In this document: one piece after another, positions 1 to 10,723 of the stretch | How positions within the stretch are numbered: the stretch's first letter is position 1 | Layout of the letters: each line of letters starts with the position of its first letter | Source: a bacterium | GTDB lineage: Bacteria > SM23-31 | Direction: 5' to 3' | Assembly: GCA_965249485.1 (NCBI GenBank) | Contig: OZ252239.1 | Location: forward strand, 1,824,001-1,888,000 | DNA length: 64,000 nt | Translations under genes and position numbers: made by a program | The notes under the pieces: generated by a model | What the model saw: the letters and a program-made list of their open reading frames with translations, nothing else | Told to the model about the DNA's origin: nothing | The model's database searches: none

Positions 1-1322
1 ATGTATACAGGAAAACCTGGTCTTTCAGGGAGGTTTGTAAAAATATTAAATTCAAAAGAAAATAAGTGATTTTCTTGAAACTTAAGGTGATCCCGGTCCG
101 ACCGGAATGGAGAAACCGAAGGTCCAACAGTCACTAAACTCCCCCCGTTATTTCCTTGGCTGTGCAGGTCAATTGAGAATCCAGACTTATCAGTATTAGC
201 GAGCACTCTCTGAATATTCTCGTAATCTTCTGAAAATTCATCATTAGAGGGTGAATATATGTAGTCTGATTCTTCCAGTACTGAAACGATATCTCGCAAA
301 GTTTCTCCGGCAGTCTTGCCAACTTTTATTTGCTTTCTAATAAATGTGCGGGCACCTATTGCACGATCATATGCATGTTGTAAACTCGCGGGGACACTTG
401 TTTCGCCTTCTCTCATAATATATGCGTTACGTTTATAATCTGTCCCAAAGTAATCCAGATACCGCACTCCATTATCAAACGACAGAAAATCACCTCGCTG
501 TAATACGTAATCGGGAGAATTAATCACAGATTGATCAGAAACGGCTGAATAGATAACCCCCGGCATACCGGGCATTTGTCTGAATCCTCTTGCTAAATTT
601 CTTGTGTAAAACTGCTCCCGAACCCACCAGCCTACATCCTCACGCGTTGTTACACCCGGCGTAATGACTTCATTTGACAAAGAACGTTCCAGTATCTGAC
701 GGTGTATCTCAAGCGCATTGGTCATGAGCGTCACTTCCCTCAAGATCCTTCTTGACCTGAAATCGGTGATCAGGTTCTCTGCGGATATAATTCCCGCGGA
801 ATATTTAGGGCCTAATATTTTTTCCAATCTCACGTATTGCGAATGTGATATCCCGTCAGCTATAGCGAGCCAGTCGGATGTGTTGACTGCAATTGTTTTC
901 GGATCACGCTCTTCTACAAACTCTGTTATTTCGTCCCAGACTCCGGGATCCAGTTTATTGCTATAACCGTTAAAAGCCCGCGCGACTTCGCGAGAACCAC
1001 GCACGTCAATATCTGAAACAGCTCCCGCTCCACCAAACACAGCCCGTTCAATCCTGTCACCACGATCGGTAAAGATCAAATAACCCGAGGTTGTTCCAAA
1101 TTCCGGGAACATTGGATCAGGATCTCCCGCACGCGTGACATGGATCCACATATCAACATTATTGTCACGCATAACTCCAGGAAGGATAAGATCAAGTTTT
1201 TCATTCCGTATCAGACGGAGAACTTCTGAACCAGTTTTTGCCGTATGTACACCCGGTTGTGCATTGGCAACAGGTACTGTAAACATCACAGAAATTAAAA
1301 ATATCAAAACTCGAGATATCAT
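1..1322 (-). CDS. Secreted M24 (Xaa-Pro aminopeptidase-like) metallopeptidase, truncated by window edge
   Basis: Not in the ORF track because it runs off the edge. Manual translation from ATG 1322 gives MISRVLIFLISVMFTVPVANAQPGVHTAKTGSEVLRLIRNEKLDLILPG. DNA closely similar to 16413..17819. Confidence 0.8.
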   Translation of the reverse strand, partial: MISRVLIFLISVMFTVPVANAQPGVHTAKTGSEVLRLIRNEKLDLILPGVMRDNNVDMWIHVTRAGDPDPMFPEFGTTSGYLIFTDRGDRIERAVFGGAGAVSDIDVRGSREVARAFNGYSNKLDPGVWDEITEFVEERDPKTIAVNTSDWLAIADGISHSQYVRLEKILGPKYSAGIISAENLITDFRSRRILREVTLMTNALEIHRQILERSLSNEVITPGVTTREDVGWWVREQFYTRNLARGFRQMPGMPGVIYSAVSDQSVINSPDYVLQRGDFLSFDNGVRYLDYFGTDYKRNAYIMREGETSVPASLQHAYDRAIGARTFIRKQIKVGKTAGETLRDIVSVLEESDYIYSPSNDEFSEDYENIQRVLANTDKSGFSIDLHSQGNNGGSLVTVGPSVSPFRSDRDHLKFQENHLFSFEFNIFTNLPERPGFPVY

Positions 1323-1396
1323 AACATTCTCCTTTATTAATTTTTAGTGATAAATATTATGTTAAGCATTTTACTTTTACATGTATTATTACATTT

Positions 1397-1420
1397 GGGC
1401 TGTACGATGTGCGAAGCTTT
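1397..1420 (+). repeat. Conserved inter-cassette site, copy 1
   Basis: GGGCTGTACGATGTGCGAAGCTTT. Confidence 0.9.
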
Positions 1421-1499
1421 GAAGTAAGTCTAAAACAGTCCAACTTGTTCTGAGCCACTACTTTCAAGAGAAAAAAACTTTTGGTCCAGTAATGCATAG

Positions 1500-2939
1500 T
1501 TACTTAACAACATGCCACTTGACATTTGCTCTACTAAGATAGTCAAATCCATTATCTGTAAACATTCCGAGTTGTTCGATCCCAAATGACAAACCGTTTT
1601 CACCCCATCCCGGAACAGCAAAAGTAAAATTCGGTTCGTGCGAATAGAGCGTATTATAATGGAGTGTGAGAGCAGGGGAAAGAAGGGGGTGCTGCATGTA
1701 CCCGGTACCTATTCCCACAACGTACGTCCCCCGGGAAAACTGTAAATCATTCACAGTAAACCGCCTTATAAAATTTGGCGGGGGATGAAAACCGAATCTG
1801 GCTCTGATTATACGCGAATCAGGCGGCATAATCTTATTACCGGCGTCACGGATCTCTTGTGCGGTTCGGCCTGCTACATATGCTTTTCTGTATGCATCCA
1901 GCATCTCGTTCATAAGCCGCAACACTTCTTTCAAATCTTCTGGAACATCTGTCTCATCCTCCTGGAGTACATACGCAAACTGTTGAGAATCGGTTTCAAG
2001 ACCGAGCAGCATGATATCAGAATCTAAACCAACAATGTCACCGCGTCTGATAATTACATTGTCGCCACGGGTCCTCCCATTTCGAAAATATTCAGAAGAG
2101 TCATCATATTCGGCGATCTTCGACGGCCTTCTCCAGATGTCTACACCTGGATTGTTATCTATATCTAAATGAAGATCACGATACCTGTGCCGTATCCACC
2201 AATTCACGTCATCGGTTGTCGTATGGTTGGGTATGATCACCTTGTTTGAAAAGGCTTCAGCAATAACGTCATTTTGGACTCCCTGGACATAACGGTACAT
2301 ACTAATTTGCTTCGGGCCCATAATTGTAAGCCATAGAATACCAAGTTCCCACGAATCAACAGTACGGGAAGCATATTTACTTCCCAGAGCCTGCTGCATT
2401 TCATCACCCGTTACTATAGTTAATTGTGATGTGTCGCCAAAATTTCGTCGTCGAATATAGAGGTTCTTTATGCTGATTGCGATCTTTTTGGGATCCCGTT
2501 CCCGTACCAATCGGGTTATATGATCATAATTCTCCGGCTCAACATATTCAATTTCAGTACCCGTATCGTAAAAAAGGAGGAATTCGGGCAATCCGGATAG
2601 TTTACCCTGATAGTTACTCGGAAATACCTGTCCCTCATGGTTTGCCGGAAGTAATGATGTGTAAACCGGATGTTCCCTATACGACGTCTGCCGGTAAAGC
2701 GGTTCTTCATCATTTCGGATGATCCACATGTCCACTCCTCGTTCACGCATTATCATCGGAAGTACGTTCTCTTTTTTCCAGTCCCAAAACTTTTGCATGA
2801 TCCGGACACGTTCCCGCATCGGGATAAAATTTGCCGCATCATCGCCCGAGCCCGATTTAGGTACCTGAGCAAAAGAACCGCTGACCGTTACGAACAAAAA
2901 TACACAAGAAATAATCCCGAAAATTTTCTTTGCTTTCAT
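1500..2939 (-). CDS. Secreted M24-family peptidase-like protein
   Basis: Signal peptide. LPxxMRExxVDMWI N-terminal motif shared with paralogs. D/D/H/E/E-like residues in the C-terminal half. Confidence 0.7.
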   Translation of the reverse strand: MKAKKIFGIISCVFLFVTVSGSFAQVPKSGSGDDAANFIPMRERVRIMQKFWDWKKENVLPMIMRERGVDMWIIRNDEEPLYRQTSYREHPVYTSLLPANHEGQVFPSNYQGKLSGLPEFLLFYDTGTEIEYVEPENYDHITRLVRERDPKKIAISIKNLYIRRRNFGDTSQLTIVTGDEMQQALGSKYASRTVDSWELGILWLTIMGPKQISMYRYVQGVQNDVIAEAFSNKVIIPNHTTTDDVNWWIRHRYRDLHLDIDNNPGVDIWRRPSKIAEYDDSSEYFRNGRTRGDNVIIRRGDIVGLDSDIMLLGLETDSQQFAYVLQEDETDVPEDLKEVLRLMNEMLDAYRKAYVAGRTAQEIRDAGNKIMPPDSRIIRARFGFHPPPNFIRRFTVNDLQFSRGTYVVGIGTGYMQHPLLSPALTLHYNTLYSHEPNFTFAVPGWGENGLSFGIEQLGMFTDNGFDYLSRANVKWHVVK

Positions 2940-2997
2940 TGTTTTTCCTTCATTTTTCGTAAGTTACATTCCAATAAGATATAGATTTTTGAATTTC

Positions 2998-3149
2998 CCC
3001 ATATCAATTCGTTGAAAGAGAATATATTTGAGTTTGTTTTGAAATATGTCGCTAATTTAAGATGTGATATACTTGGTCAGAATGTATTGGATATTGTAAT
3101 ATAAATGGTAAGATATACATATGGCTTTTACAAGTATATTCTAATCCTC
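2998..3149 (-). promoter_or_regulatory. Conserved promoter plus 5' leader module (family A)
   Basis: Minus-strand TTGTAA-17bp-TACCAT and a conserved block ending ...GAATTGATATGG. Homologous blocks at 14549, 20721, 21960 and 28452. Confidence 0.7.
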
Positions 3150-3173
3150 GGGCTGTACGATTTGCGAACCTTT
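3150..3173 (+). repeat. Conserved inter-cassette site, copy 2
   Basis: GGGCTGTACGATTTGCGAACCTTT. Confidence 0.9.
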
Positions 3174-3280
3174 GAGGTGGTTATAAATTGAAGTATTTTA
3201 AGAAAGTAAAGCAGAGCCTGCCGGTTAGATGAGAGACAAGGTGGTAATTTTTTCAGATAATATCTTAATATAGTAATCAT

Positions 3281-4306
3281 TTATTTATAGGCGATTACAG
3301 CACTTGTTGGTCCAGTCAATGGCATTTTCTCTGTTTTTGCAAAATTCGCTTCTTTTGCCCACATATCAAAATCTGCATGAGTAAAATCAAATGCGTCACC
3401 AAATTCTATGAGCATATTTAATGACATTAACAAACCGAAAGTGTTTTCTCTTCGCTCATCATCAATTATGTTTTCAATAACCACAAATGCACCATTTTCA
3501 GGCAAGGCTTCATATGCTTTTTTTATTAGTATTTTCTTATTCTCTATATTCCAATCGTGAAGTATATTTCCCATTGTTATAATATCTGCTTTAGGAAAAT
3601 CATCTTTAAAAAAATCTCCTGCTACGAATTTTACTTTATTTGACAATCCCATTTTTTGTATTTTACTCTTTGCAACTGGTTCTACTGGTGGCAGATCAAA
3701 CACAGTGCATGTCATATGATCATTGTTTAATACTATTTGAGAAGTCAAGAGTGCTGAAGCCCCGCCCATATCACATAATGTTTTATATTTCGAGAAATCG
3801 AACTTATTGGCAAATTCAACAAAATTGTTTATTTGTATGCCTTCCATAGCGTTTAAGAAAGCTTTTAGTTTTTCAGGAGAAGAATATAATTCTTCAAACA
3901 CTGATTTTCCGGAGGTTTTAATTTCAGTCTGAGTTTTTCCTGTTTGCAAACCTTCTCCTAAATCATCCCAAAACTTATATAATCTGTCATCAAACATTTC
4001 TAATATGCCACCTATATAAGAAGGTTTGTTTTTATCAAGGAATAATTCAATATCATCTGCATTACTATATTTACCACTTTCACCATTGTCATTTCTTTTT
4101 AAAAAATTTAAAGAAACCAAAGCATCTAAAAAGTCATAAACACCTCTTTCATGTAACTTCAACCTTGATTTTATTTCATCACCTGTTAAGGCATTTTTAC
4201 TTAATATTGTAAAAAGTTCGAATTTTATAGCCGTAAGAAGAGTCTTGGATGCCATAAAACCACTTCCTACCTGCATTATATTTGCTGGATTTATTTGCTC
4301 ATTCAT
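3281..4306 (-). CDS. SAM-dependent O-methyltransferase (dimerisation + Methyltransf_2)
   Basis: DMGGASA motif I, GDFF, ILHDW. AT-rich. Confidence 0.85.
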   Translation of the reverse strand: MNEQINPANIMQVGSGFMASKTLLTAIKFELFTILSKNALTGDEIKSRLKLHERGVYDFLDALVSLNFLKRNDNGESGKYSNADDIELFLDKNKPSYIGGILEMFDDRLYKFWDDLGEGLQTGKTQTEIKTSGKSVFEELYSSPEKLKAFLNAMEGIQINNFVEFANKFDFSKYKTLCDMGGASALLTSQIVLNNDHMTCTVFDLPPVEPVAKSKIQKMGLSNKVKFVAGDFFKDDFPKADIITMGNILHDWNIENKKILIKKAYEALPENGAFVVIENIIDDERRENTFGLLMSLNMLIEFGDAFDFTHADFDMWAKEANFAKTEKMPLTGPTSAVIAYK

Positions 4307-4532
4307 GTTAAATCTCCGATATTATCTAATTATAGTCGTCATGACAAGTCAGGCTTGTCAGGTCAATTGACTTAAGATACATGTGGGGTATATTTCTTAT
4401 TCTATGCAGGTACTATCTTGTTAAGGTACATGGGGCTATATTCTTAGGTCAGATTATAAAACCACCCAATGTGGAATATCTTTTCACAAATGTAAGCGAG
4501 TCTATTTTAAAATGCAAGAAATAATATAAAAA

Positions 4533-4555
4533 GGCTCATCGAGTAGGACTCGAAC
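4533..4555 (-). other. tRNA 3'-end fragment (att-like remnant)
   Basis: Minus strand GTTCGAGTCCTACTCGATGAGCC = T-loop, T-stem, acceptor 3' strand, G, CC. Tandem TGTGCCTAAA repeats nearby at 4620 and 4631. Confidence 0.55.
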
Positions 4556-4743
4556 GTATCACGCTAATCTCAGAAACGTCAATAAAAACAAGAACATACA
4601 CATCGCATAAATCTGCATTTGTGCCTAAAATGTGCCTAAATTTTTCAAATTTTTCTAACTCCAATATGTTGAAAAATAAAAAACAAACTTTTAATCCATT
4701 ACATATTCTGTTCCTTCTTTTGTAAGGTTAAATGATAAATAAA

Positions 4744-6234
4744 TTAATTATCAATCATAATTTTCTTACTTGAAGTGACTTTATTGTTGTTAGACACGTC
4801 CGATATGGTTACCGAGAGTATGTAGGGGCCATTTCGGAGGCTGCTCAAATCGAATTGAATAGCTTCCATTGTGGTGTTCCTATTTGTAATCCGCGTATCG
4901 GTTCGACCAATTGAATATTTATTCTTGCGTGTTAGAAAATCGAAAAATTTCCTTGCAAGATTTTCCCGGCTCTCATCCCAATCGACCGATATCTCCAATG
5001 TATATTCTTCCGAACTTCCATCTTCAACAGTATTGTACACTTCAAAATAGAGGAGAAGCGGTTCCGATTTTTGTATTTCAGGAAACGGATACGGAGCAGC
5101 ATAAAAACCGCCTTTGACAGAAGAAGGCAGTACAATTCTCTGGTCAGTCGTCGTCACTTCCTTGAAAAGCCGGATGTCACTTATCATCAAGTCCCCGCCT
5201 TGAAAATTTCTGATATTGACAATATTCTTCGTATAACCAAGATGTCCTGTTTCGTTATTCTTGACCTGGAGTGTTAATTCTCCAATAAGCGGAGGTGTAA
5301 AGAGCGTAATCGAATTTGTTGCATATTTCAATCCTTCACGTACTGAAGATTGTATGGGAAATGCGTGTAATGATTGCGTACTGATTATTGGATTATATTC
5401 CAAGTCCCTTAGTAAGCTACTATATTGTATGCTGAGAGAATCGGTAGAGGGTGAGTCGATATAGCCATGAATTTCTTTTATTGGTACCAAGAAAGATGAT
5501 TCAATTTTTATAGAACCTTCTGGCCCTCTAAATTGGGACACATCATATGTAAAAGGAAGACTTCTTTCTTCAGATTCAGGATCCACAATAGCAATTGGAG
5601 CATTGTTTTTAGCAATTCGTTCTTGAAATTTCGGATTAAGACCTCCATAAGCCTGGAATGGTGTCAACTCTTCAAAATATGAGTGATTTTTCCGGAAATA
5701 AACTATTAAAAATTGAGAAATATTTTCATATGACCACGCTTCTTCAGGTCTTTTTTGTATAATGCCAAAACTGTACAACACAGTAACAACTGTCCTGTGA
5801 TCCTTCAACCGCAATTTCGGTTTACCCCATTTCAAATAATATCTACCCCGATCATCAAAATAAGGAGGTTTGTCACGTGAAAAATACTTTTTAACATAAT
5901 TATAACGATCAACAAAACTTGAAAGCCATAAGTTTTCAGTATCGAGAGGATTGGGATTTTCTCTGTTCCAGTAAAGCTTGATATATTCTTTTTTTGCTTC
6001 TATTGACTGAAGTGAATTATAATATTCTGATTGAAAATCATTAAGGAGCTCAAAGAAAGGGTATTCAAATTCATGGATGAAAGTTGTGCTATCTGATTCG
6101 GTAAGTAATTTGAAGTATTCTGTTTCGGATTTTATCGATTCGTGATGAGTTTCCTGAGCATAAATATGTGGGATTGCAAAATAAACGAGGAGTAGAAGTG
6201 CAGAAAATATTATCAAATTCTTTGGACGCATCAT
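4744..6234 (-). CDS. GWxTD-domain-like secreted protein
   Basis: Signal peptide. YW..ENPNP...DDRGRYYLKWGKP resembles the GWxTD domain. Ig-like C-terminus. Confidence 0.7.
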   Translation of the reverse strand: MMRPKNLIIFSALLLLVYFAIPHIYAQETHHESIKSETEYFKLLTESDSTTFIHEFEYPFFELLNDFQSEYYNSLQSIEAKKEYIKLYWNRENPNPLDTENLWLSSFVDRYNYVKKYFSRDKPPYFDDRGRYYLKWGKPKLRLKDHRTVVTVLYSFGIIQKRPEEAWSYENISQFLIVYFRKNHSYFEELTPFQAYGGLNPKFQERIAKNNAPIAIVDPESEERSLPFTYDVSQFRGPEGSIKIESSFLVPIKEIHGYIDSPSTDSLSIQYSSLLRDLEYNPIISTQSLHAFPIQSSVREGLKYATNSITLFTPPLIGELTLQVKNNETGHLGYTKNIVNIRNFQGGDLMISDIRLFKEVTTTDQRIVLPSSVKGGFYAAPYPFPEIQKSEPLLLYFEVYNTVEDGSSEEYTLEISVDWDESRENLARKFFDFLTRKNKYSIGRTDTRITNRNTTMEAIQFDLSSLRNGPYILSVTISDVSNNNKVTSSKKIMIDN

Positions 6235-6414
6235 AGCTTGCTCCGGAATTGATATTACTTAATATACTAAACTCTATGCTTTTTTATTTCAATATATTTT
6301 CTTTTTGATTGGCTGATAGAAATTGATTATATCGTCGATAGTAGGATCCCTAAAATGTGCTCATTAAAATAAAGTTATTAAAAATTCCGGTAAGGATAAA
6401 CTATTGGACTTTTT

Positions 6415-6490
6415 GCGGAGCGTGCAGGACTCGAACCTGCGACACTCACCGATTTTGCGGCAGTTGCTCAAAACCAGATTTACGCGGCAC
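6415..6490 (-). pseudogene. Degenerate tRNA or tRNA 3' half (Asp-like acceptor)
   Basis: Perfect T arm GCAGG-TTCGAGT-CCTGC followed by ACGCTCC-G. The 5' half does not fold into a proper cloverleaf. Confidence 0.5.
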
Positions 6491-6496
6491 CCGGCA

Positions 6497-7978
6497 TTAC
6501 CTGATAAGATACAGCTCTTTCTGCGGCGGAGATAAATACTCGACGCCACTTTCAGTGGCAATCGCCGCCTCGTGGTCCCACCAGAGCAGGTACTGGTCCT
6601 CATCTGCATTGGAGGTCGGCGACGGCATATAAAAGAAATACTCCATAACAAAATGGTGATTGGGCGGCAGCGGTATCTCCTTCGTCCAGTCCGGCCCCTG
6701 CGAACCGATACGCGGGCTGAAATAGTTCTCGTTCGGCCTCGGACGCGCCCCCATCATCATGCCGTGCGCATCGATACTCAGCTGCGTTTTTCCGAGATCA
6801 TAATCCGCGGCGTACACAGAGAAATTATTTTTGGGGATAACCATATGCAGTTGGGGATCCCGGACTATAATCCCGGCCTCTTCAAATTTCTGCGTGTAGT
6901 CCTCAATGATCTCATGTGGGGTGCGTCCCGCCCTGATGGTCTCCGCCAGAATAGCATCGACCTTCAGATATTCCGCCCAGAGTTTTTTGATTTCAGGCGG
7001 AGGTTCGGCCTCCCCGTCACGGAGCACATATGCATACATGCCCACGCCAACTGCCGCAAAGATATCACCGCCCTGCACCACACTGTTTTCCCAGCCGTCA
7101 CTCCTGCCCCGCTGTGACTGCCCGGACCACATCCGGCGGAAAACAGTACCTCCCTCGCCGCGCGTCGGGGTAACACCCGGCACGACCGCTTCAAACGCCT
7201 TTTTTACCTGTTCGACCCTGTCCCTACTGAGTTTCCTGAGAAGTTCAATCTCGCTCGGCACTTTCTGAATAATGTAATTCAAGATCAGATATTCGGAGGA
7301 GACAATCCGCTTGGCAAAGTTCTCACCAAGCTCCTCGGTTAACAGGAGATAATCGGTGTGCGACAATCCGTCCCAGACACCTCCGTCTAACATTTCGTTG
7401 TACGTTACATACGGTCCCAGCTTATGCTTGAAATTCACCGCGATGCGTTTGGGATTCCGCTCTTCGATAAATTCCCTGAGCCCTTTGAACCGGTAATCGT
7501 ATTCGGTCAGCGGGCCACCCACCGGCTGCTGTTTCAGAACCCCGTCGCCGATTATGTCGTAAGCACCGTCTTGTTCAACCTGCTGTGTATTCCATGCTAC
7601 CCGTTCACGCTGTGCAGTTCCCCATCGGCGTCCGATAATCGCCCGTTCGATCCTGTTACCACCACGGTCCGTGAAGACGAAAACACCCGACGTACTGCCC
7701 AGCTCTCCCGCGCCGAAGGTATCGGCAATCATCTCCCGCGATACATGGATCCACATATCGACCCCGTGCTCCCGCATGACACGCGGCAGAATGACATCAA
7801 ACTTGTCCCGGCGGATCCGGTAATTCCACTCCTGTAATTCCCGCTGTTCCTCTTCGCTCTGAACCTGATCGGCGGTCATGGCAGTATCGGTCGATACTGA
7901 CCCCGGACCGCAGAAAGTCAGAACGAACAGCCCAGTACATAAAATAATCATTACTCGAGATATCATGACTTGCTCCAT
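6497..7978 (-). CDS. Secreted divergent M24-family peptidase-like protein
   Basis: KFDVILPRVMREHGVDMWIH and VEYLSPPQKELYLIR shared with paralogs. GC-rich. Confidence 0.7.
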   Translation of the reverse strand: MEQVMISRVMIILCTGLFVLTFCGPGSVSTDTAMTADQVQSEEEQRELQEWNYRIRRDKFDVILPRVMREHGVDMWIHVSREMIADTFGAGELGSTSGVFVFTDRGGNRIERAIIGRRWGTAQRERVAWNTQQVEQDGAYDIIGDGVLKQQPVGGPLTEYDYRFKGLREFIEERNPKRIAVNFKHKLGPYVTYNEMLDGGVWDGLSHTDYLLLTEELGENFAKRIVSSEYLILNYIIQKVPSEIELLRKLSRDRVEQVKKAFEAVVPGVTPTRGEGGTVFRRMWSGQSQRGRSDGWENSVVQGGDIFAAVGVGMYAYVLRDGEAEPPPEIKKLWAEYLKVDAILAETIRAGRTPHEIIEDYTQKFEEAGIIVRDPQLHMVIPKNNFSVYAADYDLGKTQLSIDAHGMMMGARPRPNENYFSPRIGSQGPDWTKEIPLPPNHHFVMEYFFYMPSPTSNADEDQYLLWWDHEAAIATESGVEYLSPPQKELYLIR

Positions 7979-8171
7979 TTGAATTGAATAGTGACTTTTT
8001 GTTTATTTGTATTATAATCCAAGCGTGGTCAGACTTTGTGACATTATACTTCTTACAATGGTATATTCATGAATACAATTGAATCAGGGTGTGTATCGTC
8101 AGAATAATGAGGGTACGACTATGTAGATAATACGGAGTGTATTTTTATTTTTCAAGTTATTTCTGCTCCCC

Positions 8172-8195
8172 GGCCTGTACGATTCGCGAACCTTT
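8172..8195 (+). repeat. Conserved inter-cassette site, copy 3
   Basis: GGCCTGTACGATTCGCGAACCTTT. Confidence 0.85.
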
Positions 8196-8272
8196 GTACT
8201 TACTTTTTCTTGCGAATTAATATAATAAATGTAATTTGGTATAGTATATGGAAAACTATAGAATAACTTGTT

Positions 8273-9289
8273 ATGCCTAAGGAGAAATCCATGAGACTCT
8301 TCATTTGTTTGTGTCTACTTGTTTTTGTGTTGGCGTGTAAGAGTAATGGGCGGCAGGCGGATGGCAAGCCCGTCAGCAATACTCTGACGATCACGGAGGG
8401 CGATTTGAAGGTCACCATTCGAGACAATGCCCAATCCCCGGAGGTTCTTAGTGGACTGGCCTCATTATTCAACCTGAAGGATGCCCCAGAGTTCCATGCC
8501 TTCGACTCGACCGACACCGGGGCAGACACCGGGCTGAACTTTGAACACATCACCTCTGGCCACATGAACCCGAACAACTCCTTCACGCCACGGGAGGGCA
8601 CGTTCGCCCTGATCCCGTTGCCGGATGGGAAATCGGCCCAGCTTGTGCGAAACAAGGAGGACTCCCCGTGGGCAATGTCCAGCACGCTCAAGTACACCGT
8701 CACCACGCCGCATTACATCGACGTGGACTTCCGCTGTACCCCTCATGACAAGGTTCTGTTCGGCAAACGGGGCTACGCCATCCTCTTCTTCGCCAACTAC
8801 ATGAACGATGTCGAGGACGTGGCGCTCAACTTCCAGGGCGTCGAGGGACCGAAGCAGAATGAGAAGTGGATCAAGGCGGATGCACCAGAAGGCCATGCTG
8901 ACTGGAACCAAGGCGGCACCTACCGAAGTCTCCCTGCGGCCGACCAGGAGTACGACCCCGACCACAACTGGAACCTGAACTCCTGGAGCTACGATTATCC
9001 CCGGTTCACCAAGCCCTTCTACTACGGTCGAGCGGCCAATGGCATGGTTTTCATCATGATGTTTAACAAATTGTACAGCGCGGAGGATGAGATTCGGTTC
9101 AGCCTCTTCAAGTTCAAACTGCCCGAAGTTCCCCGGCCTGCCTGGGACTTCCAGTACGTCATTCACGCGATCGAAGAAGGCAATCAGTATGGATTCCAAG
9201 CACGCTTGGTCTGGAAGAAGTTCGTCAGTCCGGAGGATTGCCTCAAGGAATACGAAACCTGGGCGGCATCCATTGGCAACGAGCGATAG
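8273..9289 (+). CDS. Hypothetical lipoprotein
   Basis: 338-aa ORF, lipobox VLAC, GC-rich codon usage. Confidence 0.65.
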   Translation: MPKEKSMRLFICLCLLVFVLACKSNGRQADGKPVSNTLTITEGDLKVTIRDNAQSPEVLSGLASLFNLKDAPEFHAFDSTDTGADTGLNFEHITSGHMNPNNSFTPREGTFALIPLPDGKSAQLVRNKEDSPWAMSSTLKYTVTTPHYIDVDFRCTPHDKVLFGKRGYAILFFANYMNDVEDVALNFQGVEGPKQNEKWIKADAPEGHADWNQGGTYRSLPAADQEYDPDHNWNLNSWSYDYPRFTKPFYYGRAANGMVFIMMFNKLYSAEDEIRFSLFKFKLPEVPRPAWDFQYVIHAIEEGNQYGFQARLVWKKFVSPEDCLKEYETWAASIGNER

Positions 9290-9322
9290 CGGTCTGCTCA
9301 AATTCCGAGTTGCCTGGCAAAT

Positions 9323-10723
9323 CTATTTCTGAAGCGGCAGATTAAACAATTCAATCGGATTTGTTCGTAGAAATTTTATTGCGAGCTCATTTGCGTCTTC
9401 TTCCGTGAGGTACCCTGAAATGACTTTTTCAGCCAACGTCTCCGTTACCATTTCCCTTACCATCTTGGCATGTGCATAAGCACCTTCCGGGTAGGAGTAA
9501 TCACCGCCGAAAGCTATGATTTTATTTGCGGGAACAGTTTCGATCCATTCGGACAGGAATTCTCTCGAAAGTTTCGGTGATATTATTGACGTCCAGACCA
9601 TGTCAATATATACATTTTGAAAGTTTTTTGCCATGGCGCCAAGTTCACGGCCGTACGGATAACCGCCATGAAAAAGGTCAAATTTGACGTCCGGGTATTC
9701 CATGATTAAATTGAGCAGGTCTGTAGGTTTTGAATTGGTAACGATATTTCCTGCTCCGGTCTGAATGCCCGTGTGTACCTGAAATGTGATCTTATATTCT
9801 GCAGCAAGCCGGCATATCTGATGCATCATGTAATTCTGATAGTGTTCAAGTTCTTCCCATGATGGAACCTTTTTTGTCCGGGCGTAACCGATGTATGTCC
9901 CTAAGATTTTGTTGAATTCTGCTTCCGCTTCAGCTTCTGTTGGTCTTGGATAATAAATCCTGCGGTCATAAGCAAGACGCGATTTGATACCGACAATACC
10001 CTCGTTGACAGCATCATCGAATGCTTTTTCAAGAGCCGTTACCATGTCCCGGAGGCTGCGGATTGGTACACCCGTTTTGTCGCTAATGGCATCCAAATTT
10101 ACTTTACTTTGAGCTTCCATGAAATAATCAAAGCACATCACCGGGACAAAAAACTCCCTATCAACGTCCGTTCTTTCGATATCGACCATTGAGAGATCTA
10201 TTCTGGCTTTGTCTTTTAATATCCGACGATAAAGACCGGGAGTATTGGCTGCTTCAATCCTTTTGTTCAATTCTTCTGCGGAAGCGGGAGTCATTGTATT
10301 AATGTCCAGTCCGTACAAATCGTTCACAACGGTTTGCAGGGCTTTGCCATATCCTGTGAATCGCATTTCTTTCCAGAATTTCATAAATACAGGCCATCGT
10401 TCACTCAGAGGTTTGGATGTATCCTGGATGTCAAATTTAACACCCCAGTCAAATCCCCGGGGACGCGCCATACCTGCCGAGACCAGATCTGATTCAACAT
10501 AATGAAGCATTCTCGCGAGGAAATCAACAGGCCGTTTTAAATATTCCTCCTCGCTTCTCAGATGCTCGTGTGTATCTACAATCCATATGCGGTCAATTGT
10601 GTTTTGTAAACGGCGATATACATCAGTATCTTTTACAGATTGAGCCCTCGTCCATTGTGGCGTACAAACCATGAGGGCTATAAGTATACAGCACGTATTG
10701 AAAAAATATTTGGTAATTCGCAT
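9323..10723 (-). CDS. Secreted amidohydrolase-superfamily protein (Amidohydro_2-like)
   Basis: DTHEH, QVHTG, LFHGGYP and FGGD motifs. Signal peptide. Confidence 0.85.
   Translation of the reverse strand: MRITKYFFNTCCILIALMVCTPQWTRAQSVKDTDVYRRLQNTIDRIWIVDTHEHLRSEEEYLKRPVDFLARMLHYVESDLVSAGMARPRGFDWGVKFDIQDTSKPLSERWPVFMKFWKEMRFTGYGKALQTVVNDLYGLDINTMTPASAEELNKRIEAANTPGLYRRILKDKARIDLSMVDIERTDVDREFFVPVMCFDYFMEAQSKVNLDAISDKTGVPIRSLRDMVTALEKAFDDAVNEGIVGIKSRLAYDRRIYYPRPTEAEAEAEFNKILGTYIGYARTKKVPSWEELEHYQNYMMHQICRLAAEYKITFQVHTGIQTGAGNIVTNSKPTDLLNLIMEYPDVKFDLFHGGYPYGRELGAMAKNFQNVYIDMVWTSIISPKLSREFLSEWIETVPANKIIAFGGDYSYPEGAYAHAKMVREMVTETLAEKVISGYLTEEDANELAIKFLRTNPIELFNLPLQK

Noticed and set aside
6415..6490. 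Functional tRNA gene
   Set aside because: Acceptor 5' strand, D arm and anticodon arm do not pair properly. Kept only as a remnant.
8465..9301. Long antisense ORFs (also 6572..7117, 35785..36510, 46152..46946, 32519..33112)
   Set aside because: Shadow frames of GC-rich genes with no recognisable motifs.
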